Source: an uncultured Holosporaceae bacterium
GTDB taxonomy: Bacteria; Pseudomonadota; Alphaproteobacteria; UBA3830; CASESI01
Assembly: GCA_949290705.1 (NCBI GenBank)
Contig: CASESI010000001.1
Location: 37,783-101,782 of the forward strand
Direction of reading: 5' to 3'
Length of the DNA stretch: 64,000 bases
Shown in pieces: positions 20,244 through 29,651 of the stretch; positions within the stretch are counted from its first letter, which is position 1; each line of letters opens with the position of its first letter. The notes under the pieces were generated by a model that was not told where the DNA came from, ran no database searches, and saw only the letters and a list, made by a program, of their open reading frames with translations. The position numbers and the translations under genes are program-made.

Positions 20244-21584
20244 TTAACCATCGTATTTTTTTATCAACTCTCCTATTTTATTTACGAGCTCGTTTATAAG
20301 CTTCTTGTCCATGCCCTCGACGAGGACCCTTATAACGGGTTCGGTTCCTGATTTCCTTACCAATATTCTGACTTGCTTTTCGTGGCTTGTTTTTATGTTC
20401 AGGATTTCTGTTTGCAAGTCTTCGTTTTCAAGCAGGGAGAGATTTTCGACACCGACATTTTTCTGTGCTTGGTGGCATGGAGTGTATTCGGATTTTAAGT
20501 CGCTTAACTTTTTCCCTGTTTTGCTCATTATGTACAAAACCTGTAAGCCTGCCACGATTCCATCCCCGGTCGAGTTAAGGTTGCCGATGATGACGTGCCC
20601 TGATTGTTCTCCTCCTATGAAAGAGTTGGTTTCAAGCATTTTCCGGATCACGTACTTATCGCCGACTTTTGTGCGGATTACTGTTATGCCTTTAGATTTT
20701 AAAAAATTTTCCATGGCAAGGTTCGTCATCTCCGTGACTATCACCGTGTCGTTTTTCAACTGATTCACGGATTTTAAGTAATTCGCGATAATTGCGATAA
20801 TCTGATCTCCGTCAACGATTTCACCATTTTCATCCGACATGATAATTCTGTCGGCATCTCCATCAAGGGAAATCCCAGCATTTGCGGTTTGCGCCACAGT
20901 GGCTTTTGTTATAACCTCAGGGTGCATAGCGCCAGCATCGTTATTGATGTTGTAACCGTTTGGTTCATCGTTAATGGAAATTACGTCGATGCCAAGTTCC
21001 CAGAAAACTGTTTTTGCAATTTTGTATGCCGCTCCGTTTGCGGAGTCTATCACGATTTTTAGGTTGGTGAAAGAAGCACCTTTTTCGATCGTAGATTTCA
21101 CGAACTCGATGTATCTTTCATCCGCCCCGTCTATTCTGTAACACTTCCCAAGTGAGCCAGTTGTTGGTTCAGGGAGGTTATTGAAGACTCTCTCCTCGAT
21201 TTCAGTCTCGGCAGATTCAGATAATTTGTATCCGTCACTGTCGAAGATTTTTATCCCATTATAATTAAAGGGATTGTGTGAGGCGGAAATCATGATCCCA
21301 AGGTCTGCTCTCATTGACTTTGTAAGCATAGAGACAGCAGGGGTTGGCATAGGACCAAGCAACATAACATCAATTCCCATGGAGATAAATCCAGAGGTTA
21401 ATGCTGATTCAATCATATACCCCGATAGCCTTGTATCTTTGGCTATAATCACTCTGTGATTTTTATTATTTTTTTTCAATATATATGCGCTTGCAGAAAT
21501 TGCAATTTTAACGCACATCTCGGGGGTAATCGGATAGCGATTCGCTATGCCGCGTATTCCATCTGTTCCAAAAAGTTTACTCAT
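20244..21584 (-). CDS. glmM: Phosphoglucosamine mutase
   Basis: Motifs FGTDGIRG, phosphoserine loop ISASHNP, Mg site SLDGDADR, and GEQSGH. I placed the start at MSKLFGTDGIRG. Confidence 0.95.
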   Translation of the reverse strand: MSKLFGTDGIRGIANRYPITPEMCVKIAISASAYILKKNNKNHRVIIAKDTRLSGYMIESALTSGFISMGIDVMLLGPMPTPAVSMLTKSMRADLGIMISASHNPFNYNGIKIFDSDGYKLSESAETEIEERVFNNLPEPTTGSLGKCYRIDGADERYIEFVKSTIEKGASFTNLKIVIDSANGAAYKIAKTVFWELGIDVISINDEPNGYNINNDAGAMHPEVITKATVAQTANAGISLDGDADRIIMSDENGEIVDGDQIIAIIANYLKSVNQLKNDTVIVTEMTNLAMENFLKSKGITVIRTKVGDKYVIRKMLETNSFIGGEQSGHVIIGNLNSTGDGIVAGLQVLYIMSKTGKKLSDLKSEYTPCHQAQKNVGVENLSLLENEDLQTEILNIKTSHEKQVRILVRKSGTEPVIRVLVEGMDKKLINELVNKIGELIKKYDG

Positions 21585-21603
21585 GCCGTATAATATATCA
21601 CAC

Positions 21604-23439
21604 ATGTTTAAAACGACAATTATTTTTAATGCTAAAAAAATTTATTGTGAAGTGAAAAATTACATAAGAGAGTTTCTCGTCCAAGTTGTGTCGGAGAAAT
21701 TTTTTATGTGGTTTCCTGTCTTTGTTGGGATAGGAATATTTCTCACATTCGATAGCTTTTTTTATGGCTCTAATTTTTTTTATGCATTATTTTTATTGCC
21801 AGTTTTATTATTTTTTAAAAAGGCCAGAGGCGTTTTAACAGCCCTTGTAATCGGGGTGTTTGTAGCCTCTTTGAAACTGTATTTTCTTTCAAACCACAAA
21901 ATGTTAGATCATGAAATCGATTTCATAAAATTAAGTGGTGTAATTGAAAAAACAGAGTTCATCAAAAGTGGCACAAGGGTTACGGTTGTGACCGACCTTG
22001 GTCGCTTAAAATTAAACAGCCTTATAAAAAATGTTAAAGCTGATGTTTTCAACCCTGGGAATAAAATCCGCTTCATAGCCAGGTTGTATCCTTTTTCTGA
22101 TAACAACCTTGGATATAATTTTTTCAGGCAAGCCTTTTTCGAAAGGTGCTATGCAAAGGGTGTCATATTGGCCAAACCATATGTCATGGAAAAAGTCAGC
22201 AGAAGCGAACTGTCAATTTTATTGGAAGGCATCAGAAATAAAATCAATGCCAAAATAAATCATGACTTTTCGCCCGACACCAAAGGAATAGCAGAAGCCT
22301 TAATAACAGGGGATAAAGGAGAAATCCCAATCAGCATAAGAAATAATTACGCCAAATCAGGAATCGCCCATATCCTTGCTATCTCTGGGTTGCACATAAC
22401 TTTAATCGCCGGAATGATATATTTTTTAATGCTATATATCTTTTTGTTAATCCCATCTTTTTCTCTTCGATTCGATGCGAAAAAAATCGCAATCATATTG
22501 TCTTTTATCGCGGCTTTATTTTATGTTTTCATCGCCGGGATGAGAGTGCCAGCAATCCGCGCATTAATTATGTACGGCGTTATCGTGATCGCTGTCCTCT
22601 TTGACAGGGTGGCATTCAGCCTACGCAATGTCTCCATCGCGGCATCAATTATTTTAATTTTAATTCCCGAGACAATTGATAACCCTGGATTCTACATGTC
22701 ATTTTTCGTCGTGGCCTCTTTGGTAAGTTATTACGAAGATCGCAAAATACAAGATGGGTATTTCCAAGGTATCGTTGTCTCGAGTATCATATCTTCTTTT
22801 GCTGTCTTACCTTTCTCTTGGTATTTTTTCAACCAGATTGTTGGAAATGGAATTTCGGCCAACTTATTATCTATTCCGTTACTCGGTTTTATAATCATGC
22901 CTTCCATGATAGGGTATATCATAGGTTTCGATTTTTTTGGCATAATAGCAGATCACAGTATAAAGCTACTTAACTTAATCGCTGAAGTTGTATCAGCATT
23001 TGATTTTTTATTTTTCCGTCTTGCTACGCCAAGTTTTTGTGTTATGTCAATCATACTTCTGGGGATGCTTGTTATTATTATTAACAAGAATAAAATCATC
23101 GGGTGCGGCATGATATCTTTTGCCGTGATTTTATACGAGATACTCCCGAAGCCATTCCTCTTCTTAGGGAATGATTTCAAAGTGTTCGGAGTAAAAGATG
23201 GTGACACCTTTTACGTCAACGATATGGTCAAATCAAGGTCGATGACCAACATGTGGCGGCAGATCTCGGGGGCAAAATCGAAACAGAAACTACTCCGCCG
23301 AGACGACATATTTTGCTCGCCAACTTACCAAATCACCAATTCGAGTGAGCATTTGTCTGTCGCCGAAGACAATAAAATAATCGCGACAGTACAAAAAAAT
23401 AAAGGAACAAAAAATACGAATATAATAATAAAGAGGTAA
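21604..23439 (+). CDS. comEC: ComEC/Rec2-family membrane protein with no C-terminal metallo-beta-lactamase domain
   Basis: Hallmark GIAHILAISGLHITLIAG, an N-terminal OB-like segment and many TM helices. No HxHxDH motif in the roughly 100-aa tail. The start is uncertain (ATG 21583 or 21604). Confidence 0.8.
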   Translation: MFKTTIIFNAKKIYCEVKNYIREFLVQVVSEKFFMWFPVFVGIGIFLTFDSFFYGSNFFYALFLLPVLLFFKKARGVLTALVIGVFVASLKLYFLSNHKMLDHEIDFIKLSGVIEKTEFIKSGTRVTVVTDLGRLKLNSLIKNVKADVFNPGNKIRFIARLYPFSDNNLGYNFFRQAFFERCYAKGVILAKPYVMEKVSRSELSILLEGIRNKINAKINHDFSPDTKGIAEALITGDKGEIPISIRNNYAKSGIAHILAISGLHITLIAGMIYFLMLYIFLLIPSFSLRFDAKKIAIILSFIAALFYVFIAGMRVPAIRALIMYGVIVIAVLFDRVAFSLRNVSIAASIILILIPETIDNPGFYMSFFVVASLVSYYEDRKIQDGYFQGIVVSSIISSFAVLPFSWYFFNQIVGNGISANLLSIPLLGFIIMPSMIGYIIGFDFFGIIADHSIKLLNLIAEVVSAFDFLFFRLATPSFCVMSIILLGMLVIIINKNKIIGCGMISFAVILYEILPKPFLFLGNDFKVFGVKDGDTFYVNDMVKSRSMTNMWRQISGAKSKQKLLRRDDIFCSPTYQITNSSEHLSVAEDNKIIATVQKNKGTKNTNIIIKR

Positions 23440-24690
23440 TTATTTATTCATCGAGCTAAAGAATTCCTCGTTGTTCTTTGTCTGAGACAATTTATCAATC
23501 AAGAACTCCATAGCTTCAACAGTTCCCATAGGTTGCAAAATCCTTCTCAGTATCCACATTTTTGAAAGTTTGTTTTTACCAACAAGGATTTCCTCCTTAC
23601 GCGTTCCAGACTTGTTTATATCGATTGCAGGGAATATCCTCTTGTCAGAAAGTTTTCTGTCAAGCACAATCTCGGCATTACCGGTTCCCTTAAACTCCTC
23701 GAATATAACCTCATCCATCCTTGACCCAGTATCAATCAACGCCGTAGCGATAATTGTAACGGATCCGCCTTCCTCGACATTACGAGCGGCCCCAAAAAAC
23801 CTCTTCGGTCTTTGTAACGCGTTTGCATCAACACCACCAGTCAACACCTTGCCGGATGAAGGACATACAGTGTTGTAGGCGCGGGCAAGCCTTGTGATAG
23901 AGTCAAGAACGATCACAACGTCACGCTTTTGCTCCACCAAACGTTTTGCCTTTTCAATTACGATTTCAGCAACCTGGACATGACGTGTAGGAGCCTCGTC
24001 AAAAGTGGAGCTTATCACCTCACCCTTCACGGACCTCTGCATATCAGTCACCTCTTCAGGACGTTCATCAATCAAAAGCACAATCAAATATGCCTCTGGA
24101 TGATTTGTCGATACCGCCTGAGCAATGTTTTTAAGCATCTCAGTTTTTCCGGTACGTGGAGGAGCAACGATCAACGCACGTTGCCCCTTTCCAATTGGGG
24201 TGATAATTTCGCAAATACGATTCGTTAAATCCTTTTCCCCCTCTATCTCCAGATTGATTTTTTCCATCGGATACAAAGGAGTCAAATCGTCGAAATACAC
24301 CCTATGCTGCATATCCTCGATAGCGCCGAAGTTTATTGTGTTGATCTTCACAAGAGCAAAATATTTTTCATTATCCTTTGGAGTTCTTAACATTCCCTCG
24401 ATTGAATCACCAGTTTTTAATCCCAACTTTCGTATTTGGGTAGGAGAAACATATATATCATCAGGACCAGCCAGGTAATTAGCCTCGGGAGAACGTAAAA
24501 ATCCAAATCCCTCTTGCAAAATTTCAAGCACACCCTCGCCGTAAATCTCACATCCGGCAGCAGCCTTTGCTTTTAAAATCGCAAACATCAAGTCATGCCT
24601 ATGCATCGCATTAGCATTCTCGATTCCTAGCTCACTTGCGAGCTTGTTCAGCTCTACAATTGGCATCTTCTTAAGATCTTTTAATCTCAT
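23440..24690 (-). CDS. rho: Transcription termination factor Rho
   Basis: N-terminal [16 protein letters not shown]-binding GFGFLR, Walker A APPRTGKT, then [11 protein letters not shown] and [24 protein letters not shown]. Confidence 0.97.
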   Translation of the reverse strand: MRLKDLKKMPIVELNKLASELGIENANAMHRHDLMFAILKAKAAAGCEIYGEGVLEILQEGFGFLRSPEANYLAGPDDIYVSPTQIRKLGLKTGDSIEGMLRTPKDNEKYFALVKINTINFGAIEDMQHRVYFDDLTPLYPMEKINLEIEGEKDLTNRICEIITPIGKGQRALIVAPPRTGKTEMLKNIAQAVSTNHPEAYLIVLLIDERPEEVTDMQRSVKGEVISSTFDEAPTRHVQVAEIVIEKAKRLVEQKRDVVIVLDSITRLARAYNTVCPSSGKVLTGGVDANALQRPKRFFGAARNVEEGGSVTIIATALIDTGSRMDEVIFEEFKGTGNAEIVLDRKLSDKRIFPAIDINKSGTRKEEILVGKNKLSKMWILRRILQPMGTVEAMEFLIDKLSQTKNNEEFFSSMNK

Positions 24691-24812
24691 AATTTATTTT
24701 TAAAACTTTGAAAAAATGAAAAAACTAACTAATATCAATTAGAAAATTTATTTTATTACTGTATCATACTTTTTTTAAAAAGTCAAGTACTTTTTTTAAT
24801 TTTTTTTAAAAA

Positions 24813-24834
24813 ATTTATTAACCATTTATTAACC
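24813..24834. promoter_or_regulatory. Perfect 11-nt tandem repeat (ATTTATTAACC x2) containing a full CtrA-box consensus TTAA-N7-TTAAC (24818-24833)
   Basis: Read directly: aaATTTATTAACCATTTATTAACCtttg. Lies in the divergent rho / orphan-gene intergenic region. Confidence 0.3.
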
Positions 24835-24896
24835 TTTGTAAATCAAGCTTAGAAGGTAAGGTGAGTTGCGATTTGACATTTTTATATTAAAAAAAT

Positions 24897-24925
24897 TTGT
24901 TTTTTCGGTTTGGTATAGGTATAAT
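24897..24925 (+). promoter_or_regulatory. Sigma-70-like promoter (TTGTTT-17-TATAAT) for the orphan secreted-protein gene
   Basis: -35 at 24897-24902 and -10 at 24920-24925. The predicted transcription start near 24932 favours the ATG at 24952 over the one at 24928. Confidence 0.3.
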
Positions 24926-24951
24926 ATATGTGGTTAATTAAAAAAGACATT

Positions 24952-25545
24952 ATGAAAACAAAAATTTTTACTTTGATCAGTGCGTTCAGCTTTGCAATAT
25001 CTTCTGCTGAATGTTCAGAAAAAATGATTAATGGCGGGGTTGTGCAAGTTAATTCTGGCTCAATAAAATACGGTTATAATGATGAAGGTGATCCGGTTGC
25101 ATATATTGGTAAAGATATATGTATATGCAAGACACCTATTATGGAAAGACGTCAAAGATTGCCAAAAACACCAAACACTCCAAGTATGCCCCCAGTAGAA
25201 AATTATGAAGATTCAGAAGATGGTGAGATAAACAATTTACCAACACCACCATTGTTTGGTGCGAATGAATCGATAGACAATGGCAAAGCTTTGGATATTA
25301 GAGTATTGGGGCCAAGTGATTTTATAACACCTGTGAAGAAACGAATGAGAAAAATTCCATCATATCAACGTCCACTTTTTGTGTTGAGTGCAAACGTTAC
25401 TTGCGTAAGACACCAAAATCTCTCATTTAGTGATCAAATATCACTGCAAAATGGTCTTTTTACGCCAACAAAAAGATTCAAGCGTGCTGTATCCTACCCA
25501 GTTAGTGCCGAAGAAAGAGCAAGCTTGTGCCGTGTATTATTTTAA
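24952..25545 (+). CDS. Hypothetical secreted protein (orphan), Pro-rich with basic clusters
   Basis: Signal peptide MKTKIFTLISAFSFAISSA|ECS. Pro-rich acidic stretch PKTPNTPSMPPVENYEDSEDGEINNLPTPP and basic clusters KKRMRK and KRFKR. I recognise no family. Confidence 0.5.
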   Translation: MKTKIFTLISAFSFAISSAECSEKMINGGVVQVNSGSIKYGYNDEGDPVAYIGKDICICKTPIMERRQRLPKTPNTPSMPPVENYEDSEDGEINNLPTPPLFGANESIDNGKALDIRVLGPSDFITPVKKRMRKIPSYQRPLFVLSANVTCVRHQNLSFSDQISLQNGLFTPTKRFKRAVSYPVSAEERASLCRVLF

Positions 25546-25550
25546 TAATA

Positions 25551-26111
25551 TTAATAATTATATAAATTAATATTATTTTGATATACTTCGTTTAGTATTG
25601 ATAATGCCGAGTTTTGGTATCTGATCTTTTCAGATACTTTGGATAATTTGTTTTTATTTATTATATTGCGTGTTTTCGCAAATATGTTATACCATCCAGC
25701 ACGGGAGTCATGTGCCACCTGTGCATAGAGGTTATTATATTTATACTCTGATGATACAATGTACGAATACATAACATTTCGCGCGAATCGAAGGCTTGCA
25801 TCATCGTATACGTATTTGTTGAATTTTTTGTAGATAGACTGGTGCGATAAGTTGTGTCTCATGATGTTGCGAATCGTGAAATCGAACATGTCAATCTGAA
25901 ACGAACTCTTTGCAAGTGATATTGAGGAAGAGTAATATGGGTTTGTTTGGTTCAAAAACATCCCGTTGTATTGTGCGTTGCCAGAGTTATTAATAATTGT
26001 CAAATTTGCGGAATTGTTTCCGGTATTTTGGTAATAAATTGATGGTTCCGGGAAGTCTGTTTCAATAATGAATAAGACAGTCGCGAGCAGGATTAAAGAT
26101 GGTTTAAGCAT
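25551..26111 (-). CDS. Hypothetical secreted protein (orphan), Asn/Tyr-rich
   Basis: 186 aa with N-terminal hydrophobic signal MLKPSLILLATVLFII. I recognise no motifs. Convergent with the previous orphan, with a 5-nt gap. Confidence 0.45.
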   Translation of the reverse strand: MLKPSLILLATVLFIIETDFPEPSIYYQNTGNNSANLTIINNSGNAQYNGMFLNQTNPYYSSSISLAKSSFQIDMFDFTIRNIMRHNLSHQSIYKKFNKYVYDDASLRFARNVMYSYIVSSEYKYNNLYAQVAHDSRAGWYNIFAKTRNIINKNKLSKVSEKIRYQNSALSILNEVYQNNINLYNY

Positions 26112-26174
26112 ATTTCACCTTTTGGTAACTTAGATTAATGATATTACAAAAAGGTAAATAAATGGTTAATTTGA

Positions 26175-27011
26175 CTATAAATTTTTAATCAGTGAATCAA
26201 TTTTTTGCAAATTGGATAAAAGCTGCTCGAATTTTGAGAGGTACACCATGTTCGGCCCATCACAAGGAGCTTGGTCGGGGTTGTCGTGCACTTCGAAAAA
26301 CAATCCTGCCACACCAACAGCGGTTGCGGCCCTTGCGACAGTTTCAACAAATTCGCGATGTCCGCCGCTGCACGTTCCGTTTCCGCCCGGTGTTTGTACG
26401 GAATGCGTAGCATCAAAAACGACAGGATACCCTGTTGCCTCCATAATAGGTAACGCGGTCATATCATTCACAAGCCTGTTATATCCAAAGCATGCACCAC
26501 GCTCACAAAGGAGGATTTTCTCGTTTCCGGTCGATGAAATCTTTTCCGCAACATTTTTCATATCGTCTGGTGCCATGAATTGCCCCTTCTTCACGTTGAT
26601 GATCTTTCCGCTCTTCCCAGCCGCGACGAGGAGGTCGGTCTGCCTTGATAAAAATGCAGGGATTTGCAATACATCAACAATATCTTTCACGATGTCGATT
26701 TGGTATGTCTCGTGAACGTCGGTAATCGTTGGTACGTCGAACGTTTTCTTTACCTTTTCAAAAATTTTGCATCCAACATCGATCGAGACACCGCGAGCAC
26801 TTCGGATGCTTGTCCTGTTCGCTTTGTCGAAAGATGATTTGAAGACGAAATGGATTTTCAACCTTTCGGTGATTTTTTTGAGCTCTTCAGCCATGAACAT
26901 CACGTGATCCTCGGATTCCATCACGCAAGGCCCAGCAATCACGAATATAGGGAGCGAGTTTGAAACATCAAACCTCCCGGAAATATTAACTTTTTTAAAA
27001 ATTTCAGACAT
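26175..27011 (-). CDS. kdsA: 2-dehydro-3-deoxyphosphooctonate aldolase (KDO-8-P synthase)
   Basis: Motifs VIAGPCVMES, FKSSFDKANRTS, TDVHE, KKGQF, CERG, DATHSVQTPGG and FFEVHDNPDQAPCDGPN. Confidence 0.95.
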   Translation of the reverse strand: MSEIFKKVNISGRFDVSNSLPIFVIAGPCVMESEDHVMFMAEELKKITERLKIHFVFKSSFDKANRTSIRSARGVSIDVGCKIFEKVKKTFDVPTITDVHETYQIDIVKDIVDVLQIPAFLSRQTDLLVAAGKSGKIINVKKGQFMAPDDMKNVAEKISSTGNEKILLCERGACFGYNRLVNDMTALPIMEATGYPVVFDATHSVQTPGGNGTCSGGHREFVETVARAATAVGVAGLFFEVHDNPDQAPCDGPNMVYLSKFEQLLSNLQKIDSLIKNL

Positions 27012-27044
27012 ACACCGTCAGTATAATACTTTTCGTGAAAATGT

Positions 27045-27794
27045 TCAAATCTTGTATTTACCAAAAAGTATTAAAACTATGAATTGAAAAATGTTCATAT
27101 TTCCCCTTGGCTCAATTCTTGGGATTCGATATTTGTCAGATTCCAATTCTTGGTAGCTTTTCAATTTTTTCCCGATTATGACAGCCGTCTTGTAGCCAGC
27201 TTTTTCAAGCATTTCAACATGAGCATCGGTAAATTTTCCGTATGGATACGCAAAGCTTGTGCAAGGTGCGCCTGTGATGGATTCGATTGTAGATTTAGAT
27301 TTCACGATGTCGTCGTTAACAATGTCGTCGCTGTACTCTAACATATTTATGTGATTCGTTGAGTGAGAACCGAATTCAACAAGTCCGGAATCCTGCATGG
27401 TTTTCATTTGCTCGTCGGATAGAACCTTTTTCCCAGCAATGGACCTGCATGCGTACACGGTTGCTTTCACGTTGTATTTTTTCAAAATAGGGAACACGTT
27501 CGTGTAAATATCCTCGAACCCGTCGTCAAAGGTTATAAACGCCCTTCGGTTGTGTTTTTGGATTTCTTTATCGTCGAATAAGTCTTCGATGGTATAGAAT
27601 TCAAAATTCAACTTTTTCAACATAGCAATTTGCCGCTCAAATTTTGCGGAAGACATGTTCGTTTTATAGGATACTTCCTTGTCAGAAACATTATGGTATA
27701 AGAAAATCCTTGGGTTGTCCCTGTGGTTGAATGCATACACAACCATCAAGACCAGAATCAAAAGTACAAAACCAATAGTATATATCATGATCAA
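27045..27794 (-). CDS. Polysaccharide deacetylase (NodB-homology) family protein, membrane-anchored
   Basis: N-terminal TM helix. NodB motifs ITFDDGFED, HSTNH and FAYPYG. Confidence 0.8.
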   Translation of the reverse strand: MIMIYTIGFVLLILVLMVVYAFNHRDNPRIFLYHNVSDKEVSYKTNMSSAKFERQIAMLKKLNFEFYTIEDLFDDKEIQKHNRRAFITFDDGFEDIYTNVFPILKKYNVKATVYACRSIAGKKVLSDEQMKTMQDSGLVEFGSHSTNHINMLEYSDDIVNDDIVKSKSTIESITGAPCTSFAYPYGKFTDAHVEMLEKAGYKTAVIIGKKLKSYQELESDKYRIPRIEPRGNMNIFQFIVLILFGKYKI

Positions 27795-27866
27795 AAATCC
27801 ACACTACAACGCAAATATAGCAGATAAAAATTGAAAAGTTAAGATAAATAAATTAAAAATAGAAAA

Positions 27867-29552
27867 TTATCTTTGAAGAGGTTTGTACCTGATTTTGTGT
27901 GGTTCGATGAAATCCGTGCCAAGTCGACGTTTTAGATCCTCTTCATAGAAAGTGTAATCGCCTTCAAACCATGTTACTTTGCTGTTTCCTTCGAATGCGA
28001 GAATGTGAGTTGCGATTTTATCCAAGAACCATCTGTCGTGGCTTATCACAACTGCGCATCCAACGAAATTCTGAAGGCCATCTTCAAGGGATCGCAATGT
28101 ATCAACATCGAGATCGTTCGTAGGTTCGTCGAGTAATATAAGGTTTGCGCCGGATTTCAAAAGTTTTGCAAGATGCACACGGTTTCTTTCTCCACCGGAC
28201 AATTGCCCAACTTTTTTCTGATGATCAGGTCCTTTAAATCCAAAGTTTGCGACATATGCTCTGCTTGGGATTTTTCTTTTTCCAAGTTCAAGTTCGTCAT
28301 GCTTTTCGGAAATTTCTTCCCAAACGGTTGCATCGGGGTTAAGCTCGTCTCTTCCTTGATTGACATAGGCCATTTTTACCGTTTCGCCAATTTTTATTGT
28401 GCCAGCATCAGGTTTTTCCTCGCCAGTTAAAATTTTAAACAATGTGGATTTTCCAGCACCGTTAACACCTATGACGCCCACAATTCCGTTTGGAGGGAGT
28501 TTAAAGGATAAATTCTCAAATAATAATTTATTACCGAACCCTTTTGCCAAATTATCAGCCTCTATCACGACATTACCAAGTCTTGGTCCAGGTGGAATAT
28601 AAATAACAGATGTGTCGTAATAATTTTCTTTTTCCGCATCGGCTTTAAGCATTTCTTCGTATGATGACAAACGAGCCTTGCTTTTTGCTTGGCGTGCTTT
28701 ATGCGACATTCTTACCCATTCAAGTTCAGATGCCAGGAATTTCTTACGGTCAGCATCATGCTTTTCCTCAAGTTCCATCCTTTTTTGTTTGTACGTAAGC
28801 CATGCAGAATAGTTTCCTTCAAATGGATATGCATTTCCGTACTCCAATTCCAAAATCCATCCGACAACATTATCGAGGAAGTACCTGTCGTGGGTGACAA
28901 GAACGACTGCACCTTCGTATTCCTTCAAATGTCTTTCAAGCCATGCAATAGATTCAGCATCCAAGTGGTTTGTAGGCTCGTCAAGGAGTAATAAATCGGG
29001 CTTTTCAAGTAATAATTTGCAGAGTGCAACACGCCTTTTTTCTCCACCAGATAATTTTGTAACATCAGCATCTGCATCAGGGCAGCAGAGGGCATCCATA
29101 GCGATTTCAACCTGGCGATCAAGATCCCAAAGTCCCTGGGATTCGATTATTTCCATTAACTCACCTTGCTTTGTGATAAGCTCTGTCATTTCATTCTCGT
29201 CAGTCACTTCGCCAAGCTTTGCCGAGATTGCTTCAAAATCATCCAGAACCTTTTTCTTATCTGCAAGAGCAAGCATTATATTTTCGTAAACATTGAGTGA
29301 TGGATCAAGCTTTGGCTCCTGTGCAAGGTAACCAACTTTTGCCCCTTTTGCAGCAGTTGCTTCACCAGAATATTCTGTATCAATTCCGGCCATAATTTTT
29401 AATAATGTGGATTTTCCAGCACCGTTTCTTCCGATAATTCCTATCTTTGCGTTTGGAAGAAATGATAATGTAGTCTCTTTCAAAACCTTCTTTCCACCTG
29501 GATAAGATTTCGCAAGACCCCGCATGGTATATATGTATTGGTATGATGCCAT
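27867..29552 (-). CDS. ettA: Energy-dependent translational throttle protein EttA (ABC-F ATPase)
   Basis: Two ABC cassettes: GRNGAGKST/LSGGEKRRVAL/LLLDEPTNHLD and GVNGAGKST/LSGGERNRVHL/LILDEPTNDLD. N-terminus MASYQYIYTM resembles EttA. Confidence 0.95.
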   Translation of the reverse strand: MASYQYIYTMRGLAKSYPGGKKVLKETTLSFLPNAKIGIIGRNGAGKSTLLKIMAGIDTEYSGEATAAKGAKVGYLAQEPKLDPSLNVYENIMLALADKKKVLDDFEAISAKLGEVTDENEMTELITKQGELMEIIESQGLWDLDRQVEIAMDALCCPDADADVTKLSGGEKRRVALCKLLLEKPDLLLLDEPTNHLDAESIAWLERHLKEYEGAVVLVTHDRYFLDNVVGWILELEYGNAYPFEGNYSAWLTYKQKRMELEEKHDADRKKFLASELEWVRMSHKARQAKSKARLSSYEEMLKADAEKENYYDTSVIYIPPGPRLGNVVIEADNLAKGFGNKLLFENLSFKLPPNGIVGVIGVNGAGKSTLFKILTGEEKPDAGTIKIGETVKMAYVNQGRDELNPDATVWEEISEKHDELELGKRKIPSRAYVANFGFKGPDHQKKVGQLSGGERNRVHLAKLLKSGANLILLDEPTNDLDVDTLRSLEDGLQNFVGCAVVISHDRWFLDKIATHILAFEGNSKVTWFEGDYTFYEEDLKRRLGTDFIEPHKIRYKPLQR

Positions 29553-29651
29553 AATAAACAAAAAAACTTTCTTGGAGAGAATCTATCACAAATTCACATT
29601 ATTCACAATCTTTTACTTTTTATTAACTTAATAGGTGTTAAAACAGTATTT

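Noticed and set aside
20305-29289. Many long ORFs overlapping or antisense to glmM, rho, kdsA and ettA (for example 20305-20763, 24125-24478, 26212-26715, 28894-29289).
   Set aside because: They lie inside well-supported conserved genes in the higher-GC block, where stop codons are scarce. Their translations are low-complexity with no motifs, so I treat them as spurious.
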